Positions 61,601 through 64,000 of a DNA stretch of 64,000 bases are shown in pieces (positions within the stretch are counted from its first letter, which is position 1; each line of letters starts with the position of its first letter). The stretch is taken from assembly GCA_009914755.4 (NCBI GenBank), contig CP068257.2:6272001-6336000 (forward strand), read 5' to 3'. The stretch is from the human T2T-CHM13v2.0 reference genome, Homo sapiens. The position numbers and the translations under genes are program-made. Under the pieces are notes generated by a model. It saw nothing but the letters and a program-made list of their open reading frames with translations, searched no databases and was not told where the DNA came from.

Positions 61601-62840
61601 TGCCTACATGGACATTGTGACATGTCTCAGCACTGATCACCCAGGTGATGTAAATTTTGTCTAGGCTCTGCTCACAGGAGCATTTTGACATATCTCTGCA
61701 CTGATCACTGAGATGATGTAACTCTTCTCTGGGCTTTGCCTACAGGAGGCATTGAGACATACCTCTGCACTGATCACCGAGGTGATGCAACTCTTGTCTG
61801 GGCTCTGCCTGCAGGGGGCATTGTGACATATCTCTGCCCTGATCACCCAGGTGATGTAACTCTTGTCTGGGCTCTGCCTACATGGGGTATTGTGACATAT
61901 CTCTGCACTGATCTCCTAGGTGATGTAACTCTTTTGTAGGGTCTGCCTACAGGTTCGTTTTGATATGTCTCTGAAGTGATCACAGAGGTGATGTAACTCT
62001 TTTCTAGGCTATGCCAACAGAGGGTATTGTAACATATCTCTGCAATGATCACACAGGTGATTTAACCCTTTTCTAGCCTCTGTCTACAGGGAAATTGTGA
62101 CATATCACTGCACTGATCACCCAGGTGATGTAACTCTTCTCTAGTCTGTACTTTCAGGGGGCTTTGTGGCATACCTCTGCACTGATCTACTAGGTGATGT
62201 AATTCTTTTCTAGGCTTTTCCCAGAGGGGGCATTGTTACATTTCTCTGCACTGATCACCCAGGTAATGCAACTCTTTTCTACGCTCTACCTACAATGGCA
62301 TTGTGACATGTCACTACACTGATCACACAGGTGATGGGACTCTTGTCTACGCTCTGCCTACAGGGGTCTTTGTGACATATCTCTGCACTGATCACTCAGG
62401 TGATGGAACTATTTTCTATACTCTGCCTAGAGGTGGATTCATGACATATCTCTGCACTGATAACCTAGGTGATGGAATTCTTGTCTAGCCTCTGTCTATG
62501 GGGTCATTGTGTCAAACATCTGCACTGATCACTCAGGTGATGTAACTCTTGTCTAGGCTCTGTCTACAGGGATTTTTGTGACATATCACTGCACTGATCA
62601 CCTAGATGATGTAACTCTTGTCTAGGCTCTGCCTACAGAGGAATTTTGACCTATCACTGCACTGATTACCCAGGTGATGTAACTTTTGTCTAGGCTCTGC
62701 CTATAGGGGGAATACTGACATATCTCTGCACTGATCACTCAGGTGATGTAACTATTGTCTAGGCTCTGCTTAAAGGGGCCTTGTCACATACCTCTACACT
62801 GATCACCCAGGTGATGTAACTCTTGTCTAGGCTCTGCTTA
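55621..62840. repeat. Beta-satellite array, orientation F.
   Basis: 68-bp monomers. It ends abruptly at ...GGCTCTGCTTACC where L1 sequence begins. Confidence 0.92.

Positions 62841-64000
<1,160 letters not shown>

Overview
This window is primate (human-like) heterochromatic DNA, not a prokaryotic locus. About 85% of it is beta-satellite (Sau3A family). The monomers are 68 bp; I checked the period directly (CTGCACTGATCACC-type anchors at 47, 115 and 183 give 68-bp spacing) and each monomer carries a GATC site. Six GC-rich D4Z4-like blocks interrupt the satellite. Each holds all or part of a DUX4-like double-homeobox gene (DUX4L) in pseudogenised form, with the DUX4 sense strand on the window's minus strand. 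Block A (7312-10087) is a near-complete unit whose coding region is broken by nonsense codons. Block B (18259-19129) has lost about 1.9 kb, including the whole ORF. Block C (21758-23660) keeps the 3' half and ends in an inverted copy of its own 3' flank. Block D (31895-32853) is a short rearranged mosaic. Block E (32854-33952) keeps the promoter and homeobox 1. Block F (53256-55620) is a near-complete unit with frameshifts and nonsense codons. Every block joins the satellite through the same beta-satellite-like junction, which resembles the 4q35 D4Z4-pLAM junction. The beta-satellite reads in the opposite orientation across 23321-31894, so the window contains an inversion of roughly 8.6 kb. 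Its left breakpoint is an inverted duplication inside block C and its right breakpoint is the mosaic at 31895-32853. The window ends in a 5'-truncated, mutated LINE-1 ORF2 fragment (62841-64000, + strand) inserted into the satellite. I found no intact protein-coding gene, no tRNA or rRNA, and no CRISPR or defence system. The interesting content is structural: the inversion and inverted duplication, the deletion variants of the D4Z4-like unit, the mode of DUX4L decay, and a multi-kb higher-order organisation of the satellite. This architecture, D4Z4-like 3.3-kb-family repeats embedded in beta-satellite, is what is known from acrocentric short arms and related pericentromeric or subtelomeric regions. 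I cannot determine the chromosome or species from sequence alone.
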